64,000 nt of DNA from a bacterium (GCA_043816765.1 JBDRHN010000023.1:17353-81352), one strand, 5' to 3'; shown: positions 33,449 to 43,637, counted from the first letter of the stretch. Notes: generated by a model from the sequence alone, not told the origin. Translations and numbers: made by a program.

Positions 33449-34687
33449 TTATTTTAAAATTTTTATTATTCCTTTATCTGCGTCAACTTCAACTACATCT
33501 CCAGTTTTAATAATTTTCGTAACATCTTTTATAGCAATAATACATGGGGTGCCGAGTTCTCTGGAAATTACCGCCGCATGCGTTGTAATGCCTCCGGTTT
33601 CAGTTAAAACAGCCGCGGCTTTTTTCATGGCTGGCACATATCTGGTTGATGTATATGCGGCAACTAAAATATCTCCTTTTTTTATTGAAGCAAGCGCGTC
33701 ATCTTTTCCGTTTGTTACAACTGCCTTTCCTTTTGTCTTGCCTGGCGATGCGGGTTGTCCTTTAAGCACTTTTTGATTCCCAACAGGAAATACTTCGGTT
33801 AGTTTCCCTTTTTCAAGAAAACGTTCCGCTTCATTTCCTTGATAAATTTGTAATTTTTTTCCTTGATAAAAAAGTATAGTCAATTTTTTGCGTTCTGAAA
33901 TAAGTTTTGTGGGGGGCGTTTTTGTTGCTATCATTTGTCTAATTTCTTTTGGTAAAAGAAATAACGTATCTTTAGTGTCTGAGAGTTTAATCCTGTTCGC
34001 AATCTGCAGAAGAAGTTTATTCCAAAAAACAGCGCGTTCTTCTGTAAATAAGGCGGATCCATCAGCTCTAATATACGCTCCGGCGCGCAATATTGTGCTT
34101 AAATTTTCCTCTTTTTTGTTTAAACGAAAAGCTCCATTTAATTTAGGCATGAGTATCTTTACATAACGAGTTTCGCGGAGCGGTTGTGTGTAGTAAATTT
34201 TATTTTGATCAACTTCTTTTGCATTATCGCTATATTCTGATAATGCCTCAAATAAATCTTCTCCAGTGAGAGAACTAAACATATAAAGCATATTACTTAC
34301 TGCGGCTATGGGAACGCTTAGTTCAAACCCCGAAAGAAATAATCTGCAAAGTTCGGCATCCGAAATATTGTCAAATTTTACAGAATTATTTTCTTTTAAA
34401 AATTTTCTTAGTTTTATTTTTTCTGCTTCATAAAAATTTAATACGTTTTTAATCCATTTGGTATCGTTTAATTTATTGCGAAAACATTTTGAAAGATGAA
34501 TAACATCATCCTCAAGCCCATATTTTTTCTGCTCCCCGTTTTTAATAATTGATAACAATCTATAACGACAACCGCACAAATTTTCAAATATTTCAAAAAA
34601 TTCTTCGCCCGCAAAAGCAACAGCCTGAAGCGGCACAATATCAACACTAAAAAATAATTCGTATTTTTTGTTTTTAAATTTGATCAT
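33449..34687 (-). CDS. PEP-utiliser phosphohistidine swivel domain protein with helical N-terminal region
   Basis: GQPASPG, GDILVA, GGITTHAAVISRELGTPC, VEVDADKG. Confidence 0.88.
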   Translation of the reverse strand: MIKFKNKKYELFFSVDIVPLQAVAFAGEEFFEIFENLCGCRYRLLSIIKNGEQKKYGLEDDVIHLSKCFRNKLNDTKWIKNVLNFYEAEKIKLRKFLKENNSVKFDNISDAELCRLFLSGFELSVPIAAVSNMLYMFSSLTGEDLFEALSEYSDNAKEVDQNKIYYTQPLRETRYVKILMPKLNGAFRLNKKEENLSTILRAGAYIRADGSALFTEERAVFWNKLLLQIANRIKLSDTKDTLFLLPKEIRQMIATKTPPTKLISERKKLTILFYQGKKLQIYQGNEAERFLEKGKLTEVFPVGNQKVLKGQPASPGKTKGKAVVTNGKDDALASIKKGDILVAAYTSTRYVPAMKKAAAVLTETGGITTHAAVISRELGTPCIIAIKDVTKIIKTGDVVEVDADKGIIKILK

Positions 34688-34829
34688 TTTTTTTTATATT
34701 AATTTTTTAAAAAAATATTCCGCTTAATCAAGAAACCGCTCGATCTTTTTTGAAACATATTTCGTTAATTGGACAAATTTGTCCATATACTGAAATGGTA
34801 TATTTTATTTTAAAAACATTGCCAAATTT

Positions 34830-36215
34830 TTAACTTAAAATTTTTATAATCCAAATTGGAAAAATATTTCGTTGCGCGGAAAATTCCAGTTTATCTTTTG
34901 AAATTATTGTATAAACATCGCCGGCTTTTTGCGCCTTTCGCCTGATAAATGCCATATCGCCCTCTTTAATGCTTGAAGTATGCTTCACTTCAAAATAGCG
35001 ATAACTTTTTTTGTCCATCAAATCTTTGGCGGCAATAAAGTCAAATTCTTCTTTTCTGATCCGGCAAAAAGCAATATATTGATACTGCTCCCGCAATATG
35101 TTGTAGAAATAATTTTCCACCAAGAAACCTGCTGCAGGAGAATCAACCGCCAAATAATCAAGACCGCGAAAAGCGGCATAAAAATTAACGCTTTCCAAAT
35201 AAATTTTTCTTAACAGCCTTCTGGATTTGCGGAAAGATTTAGAAAAATTATACACAAAGTGAATTAAAAAACTGTTTTCAAAATAACGCAAGTACTTATT
35301 GACTGTCTCTTTATTTAATCCTGCTTCGCTTGCCAAATTTCCAATCTCTATAATTGAGCCGATTTCACTAACCGCTATTTGAAATAAAAATTTCAATTCT
35401 TCTATTTTTTCCGCGCCATATATTTTAGGAATATCATATTCCAAAGTTTTTTTATAAACCGCTTCAATTAAATATTTTTTGCGCGTTTCTATGTCAGGCT
35501 CATTAACCAAAACCGGAAACTGGCCAAAAAATAAATAATCGTAAAAATTTTTTTTCAACTCATTCCCCCATTGATAAACTAATTTTTCAATTCCGGACTT
35601 ATCAATCTCTTGTTGCCCTGGCGCGACGGCAAATTGCTGAAAATCAGCAAGCAATTCACTTTGCGCTCCTTTGATAATTAAGTATTCTTCAAAACTTAAA
35701 ACCGGCAATTTAAATTCATAAATCCGTCCGGCTAAACTCTCCGTAGCTTGTTTTTTTATAAACAAAGACGACGATCCGCTGATTACAAACTTCAAATTAG
35801 GCTCCGTATCATAATAGCGCTTAATAATATGCTGCCACTTTAATGCGTATTGCACCTCATCAATAAAAATATACCTCTTTTTGCCGGAAACGTTTGTTTC
35901 CAAAAAAATATTAATATAATCGGTTAAACTTACTTTACTGCCTATCAAATCTTCATCAAGAGTAAGAAAAAAAATATTTTCCGGTTTTGTTTCCTTGATT
36001 ATTTTTTGAATTAGCTGTTTCAAGAGAACGGTTTTTCCGGTTCGGCGCAAACCGATAATTGAAACGATTTCCCTTTTTTCTAAATAAGGAATAATTTTAT
36101 TTAGTAACGTTCTGCTATGCTTTATGGTTTTTAGGTCGGCAAAAAATAAATCAGCATCTTTCCAGTGTTTATTCTGACGATAAATTTCCGCTAATATTAT
36201 ATCTTTTTTGTTCAT
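34830..36215 (-). CDS. AAA+ ATPase with DUF4143/PD-(D/E)XK-like C-terminus
   Basis: GLRRTGKT, FIDEVQ, SGSSS, ESLAGR, EFDF..FEVK. Confidence 0.85.
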   Translation of the reverse strand: MNKKDIILAEIYRQNKHWKDADLFFADLKTIKHSRTLLNKIIPYLEKREIVSIIGLRRTGKTVLLKQLIQKIIKETKPENIFFLTLDEDLIGSKVSLTDYINIFLETNVSGKKRYIFIDEVQYALKWQHIIKRYYDTEPNLKFVISGSSSLFIKKQATESLAGRIYEFKLPVLSFEEYLIIKGAQSELLADFQQFAVAPGQQEIDKSGIEKLVYQWGNELKKNFYDYLFFGQFPVLVNEPDIETRKKYLIEAVYKKTLEYDIPKIYGAEKIEELKFLFQIAVSEIGSIIEIGNLASEAGLNKETVNKYLRYFENSFLIHFVYNFSKSFRKSRRLLRKIYLESVNFYAAFRGLDYLAVDSPAAGFLVENYFYNILREQYQYIAFCRIRKEEFDFIAAKDLMDKKSYRYFEVKHTSSIKEGDMAFIRRKAQKAGDVYTIISKDKLEFSAQRNIFPIWIIKILS

Positions 36216-36269
36216 ATTACATTTATGAGGGTTATAACAGCTATAATTGTATCATTTATGCTTGTGTTG

Positions 36270-37334
36270 TCAAGCTAATTTTACGATCCTCACAATCCCC
36301 TTTTCCACGTCAACTTCCACTTTGTCGCCGTCTTTTAAAACTTTCGTAGCGATTTTTGTTCCGATGATGCAGGGGATTTTCAGTTCGCGGGCAATTATTG
36401 CGGCGTGGCAAGTTATTCCGCCGTCGTCAGTTATGATGGCGGCGGCTTTTTTCATGCCAACAAGGTGTTCGGGGCGAGTCATTGGCGCGACTAAAATATC
36501 TCCTTTTTCCACCTTGCCGATATTTTGAGCTGTCATAATAATTTTAACTTTTCCTGTGGCTTTGCCTATGGATACCGCAATTCCGCTTATTTCATTTACG
36601 TCTCCAAAATCCAGCCTGTTGACTATATTTAAAAAATTCTTAGCCTCTTGTCCTGCGTAAATATTCGTTATCTTTCCATTTCTATAAATAAACAAGCTCG
36701 CTTTTCTTCTATTTTTTAATTCAGAAACATTAAATTTTTTCGCTAAAATATTTTTGAATTCCCCAGAACAAGAATATCGCAACAGTTCATGATCTATTCC
36801 TGTCCTTCTGCTAATTTCTTTTAAAATTTTATCAGCCAAAGCAATAAAAGCTAAAGTATACACTTTTCTTTGATCCTGCCATTTGATAAATATTTCAGTA
36901 AGCCTTGAAATCGCTTTAATTTCCGGAGTAAATTTGTATTTTCCAAACAATTTTTCTTTTTCCCGTTTATGTTTTTCTAAAATTTTATTTTGCTTATGTT
37001 TAAATATTCTTTTTATTTCGTCTTCCATTTCTTTAAAGCTATATTCTTTGTGCCCGACATAACTTGATTTTATCCATGAATATTTTATCAAATGCGATTC
37101 CGCCAAAATAGCCAAATCTTTTTTCTTGCTAAGAAATTTTTTTAAACTCCCATTCTTGAATCCCGATTTTTTTATTTTAACCGCGATTTTTCTTAAATCA
37201 TCATCCTCTTGGTTTATAAATGACGGATCAATCGGCGCGCTTAAAACGGAAAATATTTTGTGATAATTTTTTATTTTATTTTCTTCGCAATATTTCTTGG
37301 TCAAAAAATCAAATCTTTTATCAGCGTAAAACAT
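36270..37334 (-). CDS. Second PEP-utiliser His-swivel domain protein, probably 5'-truncated
   Basis: GDILVAPMTRP, GGITCHAAIIARELKIPCIIG; the frame continues upstream (TIDGY) up to the unit B promoter. Confidence 0.8.
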   Translation of the reverse strand: MFYADKRFDFLTKKYCEENKIKNYHKIFSVLSAPIDPSFINQEDDDLRKIAVKIKKSGFKNGSLKKFLSKKKDLAILAESHLIKYSWIKSSYVGHKEYSFKEMEDEIKRIFKHKQNKILEKHKREKEKLFGKYKFTPEIKAISRLTEIFIKWQDQRKVYTLAFIALADKILKEISRRTGIDHELLRYSCSGEFKNILAKKFNVSELKNRRKASLFIYRNGKITNIYAGQEAKNFLNIVNRLDFGDVNEISGIAVSIGKATGKVKIIMTAQNIGKVEKGDILVAPMTRPEHLVGMKKAAAIITDDGGITCHAAIIARELKIPCIIGTKIATKVLKDGDKVEVDVEKGIVRIVKLA

Positions 37335-37380
37335 GTAGCCATCAATTGTCGTTATTTTGATAAAAAAAAATAGAAAAAAT

Positions 37381-37521
37381 TTGACACGATGAATTAAATT
37401 GCTATATTAAAAATGAACGGCAAGCCCTATATGTGTCGTTTGGGCGCTCCCCTCTGTGAGGCTATGAGCTCAAACATCACAAACCCATAAGGCTCGTTCC
37501 CCCGAAGGGGGTTTTTATTTT
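37381..37521 (+). ncRNA. Candidate small structured RNA with its own promoter and terminator (unit B)
   Basis: TTGACA-16-TATATT, long hairpin GAACG/CGTTC, GTTTGGGC/GCTCAAAC, CCTC/GAGG, terminator CCCCC-GAA-GGGGG plus T-run. Confidence 0.55.
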
Positions 37522-37571
37522 TCTATAAATACTGCTTATCATAAACAATCTTGTCCTGAAAGATATTCACC

Positions 37572-38783
37572 CTATTCCAAAAATCCAAACAAATACAAAG
37601 GCATCTGTTTGCCGCCGGAAATTAAAATATCGTCTTTAACTAAATAAGAATTTTTGACCTCTTTTATTTGCTTACCCTTTTTGCCGGCTCCGCCGATCTC
37701 TAATGTATATCCATCGCAGATAATATCACCTTGCTTAGAAAAAAATACATTATATCCGGCATTCATCAGATGGCTTACGACAAACAACTCCCTGGTTTGT
37801 CCAAGATCAATCGGTTTGCCGATTGAATTATTGATTGCGCAAAACAAGTTCGTATTATTCAGATAAACTTTTTCTGTATTTCTAATCAAGGCATGTCCTT
37901 GTTTGTTTATTAACAAAAAACGCAATAGTCCGCTTTCTCTCAACATTTCAATATAGTCAGCAATGGTTGTGTGGTCTTTGCCTAAACTTTTAGACAAATT
38001 ATTGACATTTAAACTTCCCGGCTTGCTGGTGGCGAAAAAATAAATAATTTTCCTAAAAACGTCCAGATTATTTGTTTTCAATGAATAAAAAGAGCTGATA
38101 TCCTCAAAAACTGTTTTATTTATAATGCCAAGCAAGGCGTCTTTATAGTCATCATAATTTTCTAACTCCATAAAAATAGGATAATAACCCTGCTTATAAT
38201 ACTCTTTTAAATAACCGATTAATTTTGAAATGTCTGATAATTCTTTTGATATTTTAGAGCCGTCATTGATAATATTTTTTAAAGTAAAAACAGGAAATTC
38301 TTTTTTTAGTTTAACCTCAAGAAATTCCCGGAAAGAAAAGCCGCTCATATATTTTAAATTTGCCCTGCGAGATAAATCATATCTGCCCTTGACAAGATCA
38401 AGACTGGAACTGCCCGAAAAAATAATTTTCATTTTCGGATAAGAATCATAAATATTTTTTAGTTCTTGATTCCAATTTTTATAACGATGAATTTCATCAA
38501 TGCAAATAATTTCGCCGTTATATTCTTTGTGAAATCTGTCGGCTAAATCAATCAAACTATTTTCGGAAAAATAAAGATTGTCGGCAGACACATAAATACC
38601 TTTATCTGTTTTTTGGTATTTCTGTTTAAGGTAATTAAGCAAAAAAATGGTTTTGCCAACGCCTCGCGCGCCAACAACGCCGGTAATTCTGTTGGTTAAT
38701 TTAAAATCAGAAAAAAATTTTCTTTGATAAATAGAATCTATTGATTTTAATAATCTATGATAAGTTTCAATTAAGCTTTGCAT
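37572..38783 (-). CDS. AAA+ ATPase (AAA_14/DUF4143-like)
   Basis: GARGVGKT, IDEIH, SGSSS, DLSRR, EIGG, PLYLFGFL. Confidence 0.85.
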   Translation of the reverse strand: MQSLIETYHRLLKSIDSIYQRKFFSDFKLTNRITGVVGARGVGKTIFLLNYLKQKYQKTDKGIYVSADNLYFSENSLIDLADRFHKEYNGEIICIDEIHRYKNWNQELKNIYDSYPKMKIIFSGSSSLDLVKGRYDLSRRANLKYMSGFSFREFLEVKLKKEFPVFTLKNIINDGSKISKELSDISKLIGYLKEYYKQGYYPIFMELENYDDYKDALLGIINKTVFEDISSFYSLKTNNLDVFRKIIYFFATSKPGSLNVNNLSKSLGKDHTTIADYIEMLRESGLLRFLLINKQGHALIRNTEKVYLNNTNLFCAINNSIGKPIDLGQTRELFVVSHLMNAGYNVFFSKQGDIICDGYTLEIGGAGKKGKQIKEVKNSYLVKDDILISGGKQMPLYLFGFLE

Positions 38784-38893
38784 ATAATTTAGCTAAATAA
38801 TTAGTTTGGATATACTCAAATAATTATATAGTATTTTTTGGGTGCAGTCAAATTTTTAAAAAAAATAGCGGCTTGTCTGCCGCTATGTTGAGA

Positions 38894-38949
38894 AAAAAAA
38901 TTTTCGGGTAGGTTCGGCGACGTCGCCGAACCTACCCGAAAATTTTTTT
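38894..38949. repeat. 56-bp perfect palindrome downstream of efp
   Basis: AAAAAAATTTTCGGGTAGGTTCGGCGAC|GTCGCCGAACCTACCCGAAAATTTTTTT; core also found inside the CAP gene at 10100-10139. Confidence 0.85.
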
Positions 38950-38950
38950 C

Positions 38951-39511
38951 TTAAACTCTCTCCACATACTCCCCCGTCTCCGTATTCACTCTGACCATCT
39001 CATCCTGCTCCACAAAAATCGGAACATTGATAATCGCTCCGGTTTCCAGTTTTGCTTTTTTTGTTACCGAGCCTTGCGCCGTATCGCCTCGCGTCGCCGG
39101 TTCGGTTTCGGTTATTTTGAGTTCAACTTTTGTCGGTAATATAATGCTGATTGGCCTGCTTTCATACAATAAAACACTCACCTCTTCACCTTCTTTCAAA
39201 AAATTAATCTGTTCTTCAACAACATCAAGCGGCAAAGCAATTTGTTCGTAGCTTTTGCTGTCCATAAAACAAACCTCATTACCATCAGAATACAAAAAAC
39301 TCGCTTTTGATCTTTCCATGTCAGCCCCTTCAACCTTATCAGAGGCGTTGAAAGTTTTTTCTATAGTAGAACCCGTGATAAGATTTTTCAGCTTAGTTCG
39401 CACGCAGGCCTTGCTGCGGGCGGATTTTGAGTGTTGCGATTCAACAACGACATGGGGTTCGTTGTTGATTTTTATCACTGTTCCTATCCTTTTGAGATCA
39501 TTCATTTCCAT
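38951..39511 (-). CDS. efp: Elongation factor P
   Basis: VRTKLKNL, TEPATRGDT, LETGA..VPIFV, GEYVER; loop HSKSARSKA has Arg at the modified position. Confidence 0.95.
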   Translation of the reverse strand: MEMNDLKRIGTVIKINNEPHVVVESQHSKSARSKACVRTKLKNLITGSTIEKTFNASDKVEGADMERSKASFLYSDGNEVCFMDSKSYEQIALPLDVVEEQINFLKEGEEVSVLLYESRPISIILPTKVELKITETEPATRGDTAQGSVTKKAKLETGAIINVPIFVEQDEMVRVNTETGEYVERV

Positions 39512-39750
39512 ACTTTTCTAAAGATACAAAGATACAAGATACAATAACCAAAAAATAATCAAACGTTCAGAATTTTTTTTACATCTTATATTCTTGTGTT
39601 TTTTATTTTAAAATTATTATTACTGACATCAAACGAGGCAATGCCTCATCTCTACAATCTTGGCGTATCGCAATACGCCTCTACAATAACGACTTTCGAC
39701 TTTATAGACTTTACAGACTTTCGACTTATTGGACTTTATGGACTTTCAAC

Positions 39751-39990
39751 TTACTTCGTTGTTATCGGCAAAAGCGCCATGACGCGAGCGCGTTTTATGG
39801 CAGTTTTCAGTTTTCTTTGATGTTTAGCGCATACATTGCTCCTTCTCGGGGGAACAATTTTAGCGTAAGAAGAGATAAATCTTCGCAAAATTGTTGTGTC
39901 TTTGTAATCAATTTCATCAATTTGATTAACGCAAAAATAACAATATCTTTTTTTATCCAACGTATTATTTGTTTTATTGTTTTTATTCAT
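39751..39990 (-). CDS. rpsR: 30S ribosomal protein S18
   Basis: CYFC, IDYKD, KHQRKL..AIKRAR. Confidence 0.97.
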   Translation of the reverse strand: MNKNNKTNNTLDKKRYCYFCVNQIDEIDYKDTTILRRFISSYAKIVPPRRSNVCAKHQRKLKTAIKRARVMALLPITTK

Positions 39991-40040
39991 AATAAGACAA
40001 CAAAATTTTTAATTTAAAAAATTAAAACATTAAAAATTGT

Positions 40041-40514
40041 TTAAAAGGGTATATTTTCTACCTGTATTTCTTCTGTGTTGTCGTTAGTTTCTTGTTGCGG
40101 AGCTGGCTGAAACTGCGGAGCCGGAGCGGCTTGCGCGGCACCTCCTTGATATTGCTGTCCTGCCGGCTGTCCTGCGTTTGCACCTGCTCTGTCAAGCATA
40201 ATCATATTTTCGACGTTTATTTCAGTGCGATAATGTTTTACTCCGTTTTGGTCGTCCCAACTGTTTGTCTGCAATCTGCCTTCAATGTAAACCTTGCTTC
40301 CCTTTTTTAAATATTGTCCGCAAATTTCTCCCAATCTTCTCCATGCCACAATATTATGATATTCTACTTGGGTTTTTTGCTCGCCGGTTTGAGAATCTTT
40401 CCATACAAAATTTGTGGCTATGCCAAATTTGGCAACTGTATGTCCTGATGGAATTGTTTTGACCTCTGGATCTCTTGTGAGATTTCCTATGATCATTGCT
40501 CGATTTAAGTTCAT
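40041..40514 (-). CDS. ssb: Single-stranded DNA-binding protein
   Basis: LNRAMIIGNLTRDPE, KGSKVYIEGRL, acidic IPF tail. Confidence 0.98.
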   Translation of the reverse strand: MNLNRAMIIGNLTRDPEVKTIPSGHTVAKFGIATNFVWKDSQTGEQKTQVEYHNIVAWRRLGEICGQYLKKGSKVYIEGRLQTNSWDDQNGVKHYRTEINVENMIMLDRAGANAGQPAGQQYQGGAAQAAPAPQFQPAPQQETNDNTEEIQVENIPF

Positions 40515-40535
40515 AGATTTTATTTATTTTTTTAA

Positions 40536-41138
40536 TTAAATAAGATTGTCGTTGATTATTGTATCAAGTTTTTCGTCCAAATCTTCTAATTTAATTTTCT
40601 TTTCTTCTTTTTTTCTAAAAAAGGCGAGTTTTTTAACCTCTGTTTCTTCCTTTTTTTCCTGTTCTGCTTCAATCTTTTCCTCATTTTGCTCTGTTTGCTT
40701 TTCGTTTTCTTCAATTTTTTTTGGTGTTTCTGTTTTGATATTGCTATCTTCTAACTGTTTTTCAATATCAAATTGTTCTGTCATTTTTATTTTTTTATAT
40801 TCTTTTCTCTCTCTTTTTTCTTTTGCCTTTTTCCGTTCTTCTTCTGTTATTTTTTTCTTTTTAAAAACTAAATGCCTGATAACTTCTGACATTAGTTTGA
40901 TTTTTTCGTTCACAGATTTAATTTTGTCTGATTCAATATCAAACTCATTAATAATATAAAATCCTTGCGAGTTGCGCTTGATCGCATAGCTGAATTTTTT
41001 CTTTCCTAAATTTTCTTCATAAGCAATCTGCCCGCCCTCTTTTTGAATTACTTCTTTGATTTTATTTTGAATTTTCTCAAATTCTTTTCCCGAAAATTTT
41101 ACAGGAATGATATAAATTAGTTCGTAATATTGCATCAT
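40536..41138 (-). CDS. rpsF: 30S ribosomal protein S6 with about 100-aa charged C-terminal extension
   Basis: YELIYI, GKKKFSYAIK, VIRHL; rpsF-ssb-rpsR order. Confidence 0.93.
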   Translation of the reverse strand: MMQYYELIYIIPVKFSGKEFEKIQNKIKEVIQKEGGQIAYEENLGKKKFSYAIKRNSQGFYIINEFDIESDKIKSVNEKIKLMSEVIRHLVFKKKKITEEERKKAKEKRERKEYKKIKMTEQFDIEKQLEDSNIKTETPKKIEENEKQTEQNEEKIEAEQEKKEETEVKKLAFFRKKEEKKIKLEDLDEKLDTIINDNLI

Positions 41139-41314
41139 AGTATTAATTTCCCGCTCGCGCGAATTGCCAAAAGGCTAAAGTTATTTAAAATTTCTCGCCA
41201 GACGGAGAGGTTCTTTTAAAAATAGTTTAACAGAAAGGATATTTTTGTCAATAGACAAATTTTTTTGCATATTTTAAACAAAAAAGATACAATAATTGAA
41301 CTTTAGAATAAATT

Positions 41315-42925
41315 ATGTCCCCAAAAAACAACCCAATAAAATACTTCTTTATTTTAGGCAACAACCCCGCTCTTTCGTTGGCTGAAATTTTCGGGTTGCT
41401 TAATTCTGGAGATAAAGACTTCCGCCTCGCGGGAGTCTCTCCGCAGAGGACTCCCGCGAGACAAGGTTGTCATACTCCCACGTCGGAGTCCCCCGCCTGC
41501 GGGCGGGGAGACTCCGACGGAGCACCGAGTCAAAATTTTAATTTACATAAAAATGCCAGAATAATAACTTTTTGTAAAGATTTTTTGATTATTGAATTAG
41601 ATAAAAAAATTGACGCGAATAAGTTGATGGGGGTTTTGGGCGGGACTATTAAAATAGGGATTATTTTAGAAAGCCAAAATGCAAATATTGAAACGCGCGA
41701 TTTGATTGAAAAAATTAATATTGATAAAAATAAAAAATTTTATTTTGGTTTTAGCGCTTATGGTAAAATTGGCGCGAATTTTAAACGGCTTGCAATGGAA
41801 ATAAAAAAAAAATTAAAGCAAGATGGGACATCTTCGCGCTGGGTAATCTCGCGCGAAAAGCAGTTGTCTTCTGTCGTTGTTAAAAAAAATAAATTAGTTG
41901 GTGAAAATGGAACGGAGTTTTGTGTTTTGAAAAATAAAGATAAAATTTTTTGGGGCAAGACTTTGGCTGTTCAGGAATTTGAAGATTATGGACAAAGAGA
42001 TTTTTATCGACCCGCAAGAGATCCGAAATCAGGGATGATTCCCCCAAAACTTGCGAATATGATGATCAATTTAGCGCGCGCTGAATTGGACTTTAAAACA
42101 AAAAACGGCATAACTCTTTTAGATCCGTTTTGCGGAAGCGGGACGATTTTGCAAGAAGCGGCGATTTTGGGGATTAATAAAATAATCGGGAGCGACTTGA
42201 GCGAAAAGGCGACGCGAGATTCGGAACAAAATTTGAAATGGCTGGAAGAACGTATTGACATTTCACCGCAGTCCGCTAACGGAAAAAGTGGTATTGCGCG
42301 GATAGATGCGACGACGTCGCCGCATGCGGGAAAGAGGCTGAACACCCCGCTGGACGTTCAGCGCCTAGGGCGCGAGGACTCCTGCGCAATTTCAATTTTT
42401 AATTCTGACGTCAGAAAAATAAGCGAACTAATTCCCGCCGGTTCTGTTGATTTAATAGTTGCCGAACCTTATCTGGGACCGCCTTTATCTGGGGGTGAAA
42501 ACGAAAATAGAATTAGCCAAATTGTTCAAGAGCTAAGCGAGTTATATTTATCAGCTTTTAAAGAGTTTAAAAAAATTCTAAAAAAAGACGGGTGTATTTG
42601 CATGGTCTGGCCGGTCTTTGCTATTTGCAAAAAAAATATATTTCTGCCGATTTTGGGTGAGGTAGAGAAACTGGGGTTTAGGCAGGTTAGGTTTGATAGC
42701 GGCAATTATGTTAATTTAATTTTTGATGGCGGTTGTAAAACGCAATTTGCCGCTCCCGCGCCGCAGTCCCCTGACGGGAGACTGCGGCGGAGCACAGGTA
42801 ATGATGGCGATGAATTAAAAAATTTTAAAAAAAATCTCGCTGATAATTTTAGCGAGCGTGGAAATATTGTTTACGGACGAGATAGGCAGATTGTCAAAAG
42901 AGAGATTGCGATTTTTAAAATATAA
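41315..42925 (+). CDS. Trm11/THUMP-like SAM-dependent RNA methyltransferase with three in-frame repeat insertions
   Basis: GMIPPKLANMMINL, LDPFCGSGTILQE, GSD, AEPYLGP. Confidence 0.85.
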   Translation: MSPKNNPIKYFFILGNNPALSLAEIFGLLNSGDKDFRLAGVSPQRTPARQGCHTPTSESPACGRGDSDGAPSQNFNLHKNARIITFCKDFLIIELDKKIDANKLMGVLGGTIKIGIILESQNANIETRDLIEKINIDKNKKFYFGFSAYGKIGANFKRLAMEIKKKLKQDGTSSRWVISREKQLSSVVVKKNKLVGENGTEFCVLKNKDKIFWGKTLAVQEFEDYGQRDFYRPARDPKSGMIPPKLANMMINLARAELDFKTKNGITLLDPFCGSGTILQEAAILGINKIIGSDLSEKATRDSEQNLKWLEERIDISPQSANGKSGIARIDATTSPHAGKRLNTPLDVQRLGREDSCAISIFNSDVRKISELIPAGSVDLIVAEPYLGPPLSGGENENRISQIVQELSELYLSAFKEFKKILKKDGCICMVWPVFAICKKNIFLPILGEVEKLGFRQVRFDSGNYVNLIFDGGCKTQFAAPAPQSPDGRLRRSTGNDGDELKNFKKNLADNFSERGNIVYGRDRQIVKREIAIFKI

Positions 42926-42926
42926 A

Positions 42927-43385
42927 TCAGGTGGTAATATAAATTAAACAAATAATAATAACCAATTGCAACAATAAGCCCTGCTTGACTGTCATTTTTG
43001 AGGGTATATAATTATGAATATAGCCATGAAAACTGCTAAAAGGCTTTAAAAATTTGGGTTTAAAAATTTGATAATATATATTTAAAACATCTGGTAAAAT
43101 ACTGCCGAGAACAGCCCAAAAAATATGAGCTGATTTTGGAATTATTGTATATGTAAAAATATAAAGAAGATAAAAAATAGTAATGAAAGCGTCAAGAATG
43201 TTTAGACTCAAAATCAAATCTCTATTAATGCGGCGGCTAAACCAATGCATTAAATTTCCGTCTCCATGGGGGATGAAATCTAAAACAAAATGAGAAACGA
43301 CCGCTAAAAGAAAAATTCCAGTAGCTGATGTTGTTATGCTCTTGGCGATAATAACGCCGATGGCTGTGTGAACGGAGATTAACAT
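42927..43385 (-). CDS. Membrane-bound metal-dependent hydrolase-like protein
   Basis: SVHTAIG, SHFVLDFIPH, GSILPD, FHGYIH. Confidence 0.7.
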   Translation of the reverse strand: MLISVHTAIGVIIAKSITTSATGIFLLAVVSHFVLDFIPHGDGNLMHWFSRRINRDLILSLNILDAFITIFYLLYIFTYTIIPKSAHIFWAVLGSILPDVLNIYYQIFKPKFLKPFSSFHGYIHNYIPSKMTVKQGLLLQLVIIICLIYITT

Positions 43386-43471
43386 AATTTAGTAATTAGT
43401 AACTAGTAATCAGTAACTAGTAAATTCCTATCCCTTATTACTGATTACTAGTTACTAATTACTAAAACATG

Positions 43472-43545
43472 TAGCAGGAGTGGGGCTTGAACCCACGACC
43501 TTGGCGTTATGAGTGCCACGCTCTAACCAGCTGAGCTATCCTGCC
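43472..43545 (-). tRNA. tRNA with CAT anticodon (probably elongator Met)
   Basis: GGCAGGA acceptor stem, anticodon loop CTCATAA, TTCAAG T-loop; CCA not encoded. Confidence 0.92.
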
Positions 43546-43637
43546 ATTTATGCTTTTAAGCAACATAGAATATAATAGCAAATAAGAAAAAAAATACAAT
43601 ACTAAACTTTATATAAAATAATTAACTGGACTTTGAT

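Noticed and set aside
41145-41215. S6:S18 autoregulatory leader upstream of rpsF
   Set aside because: GC-rich and weakly paired, but I could not match the consensus with confidence
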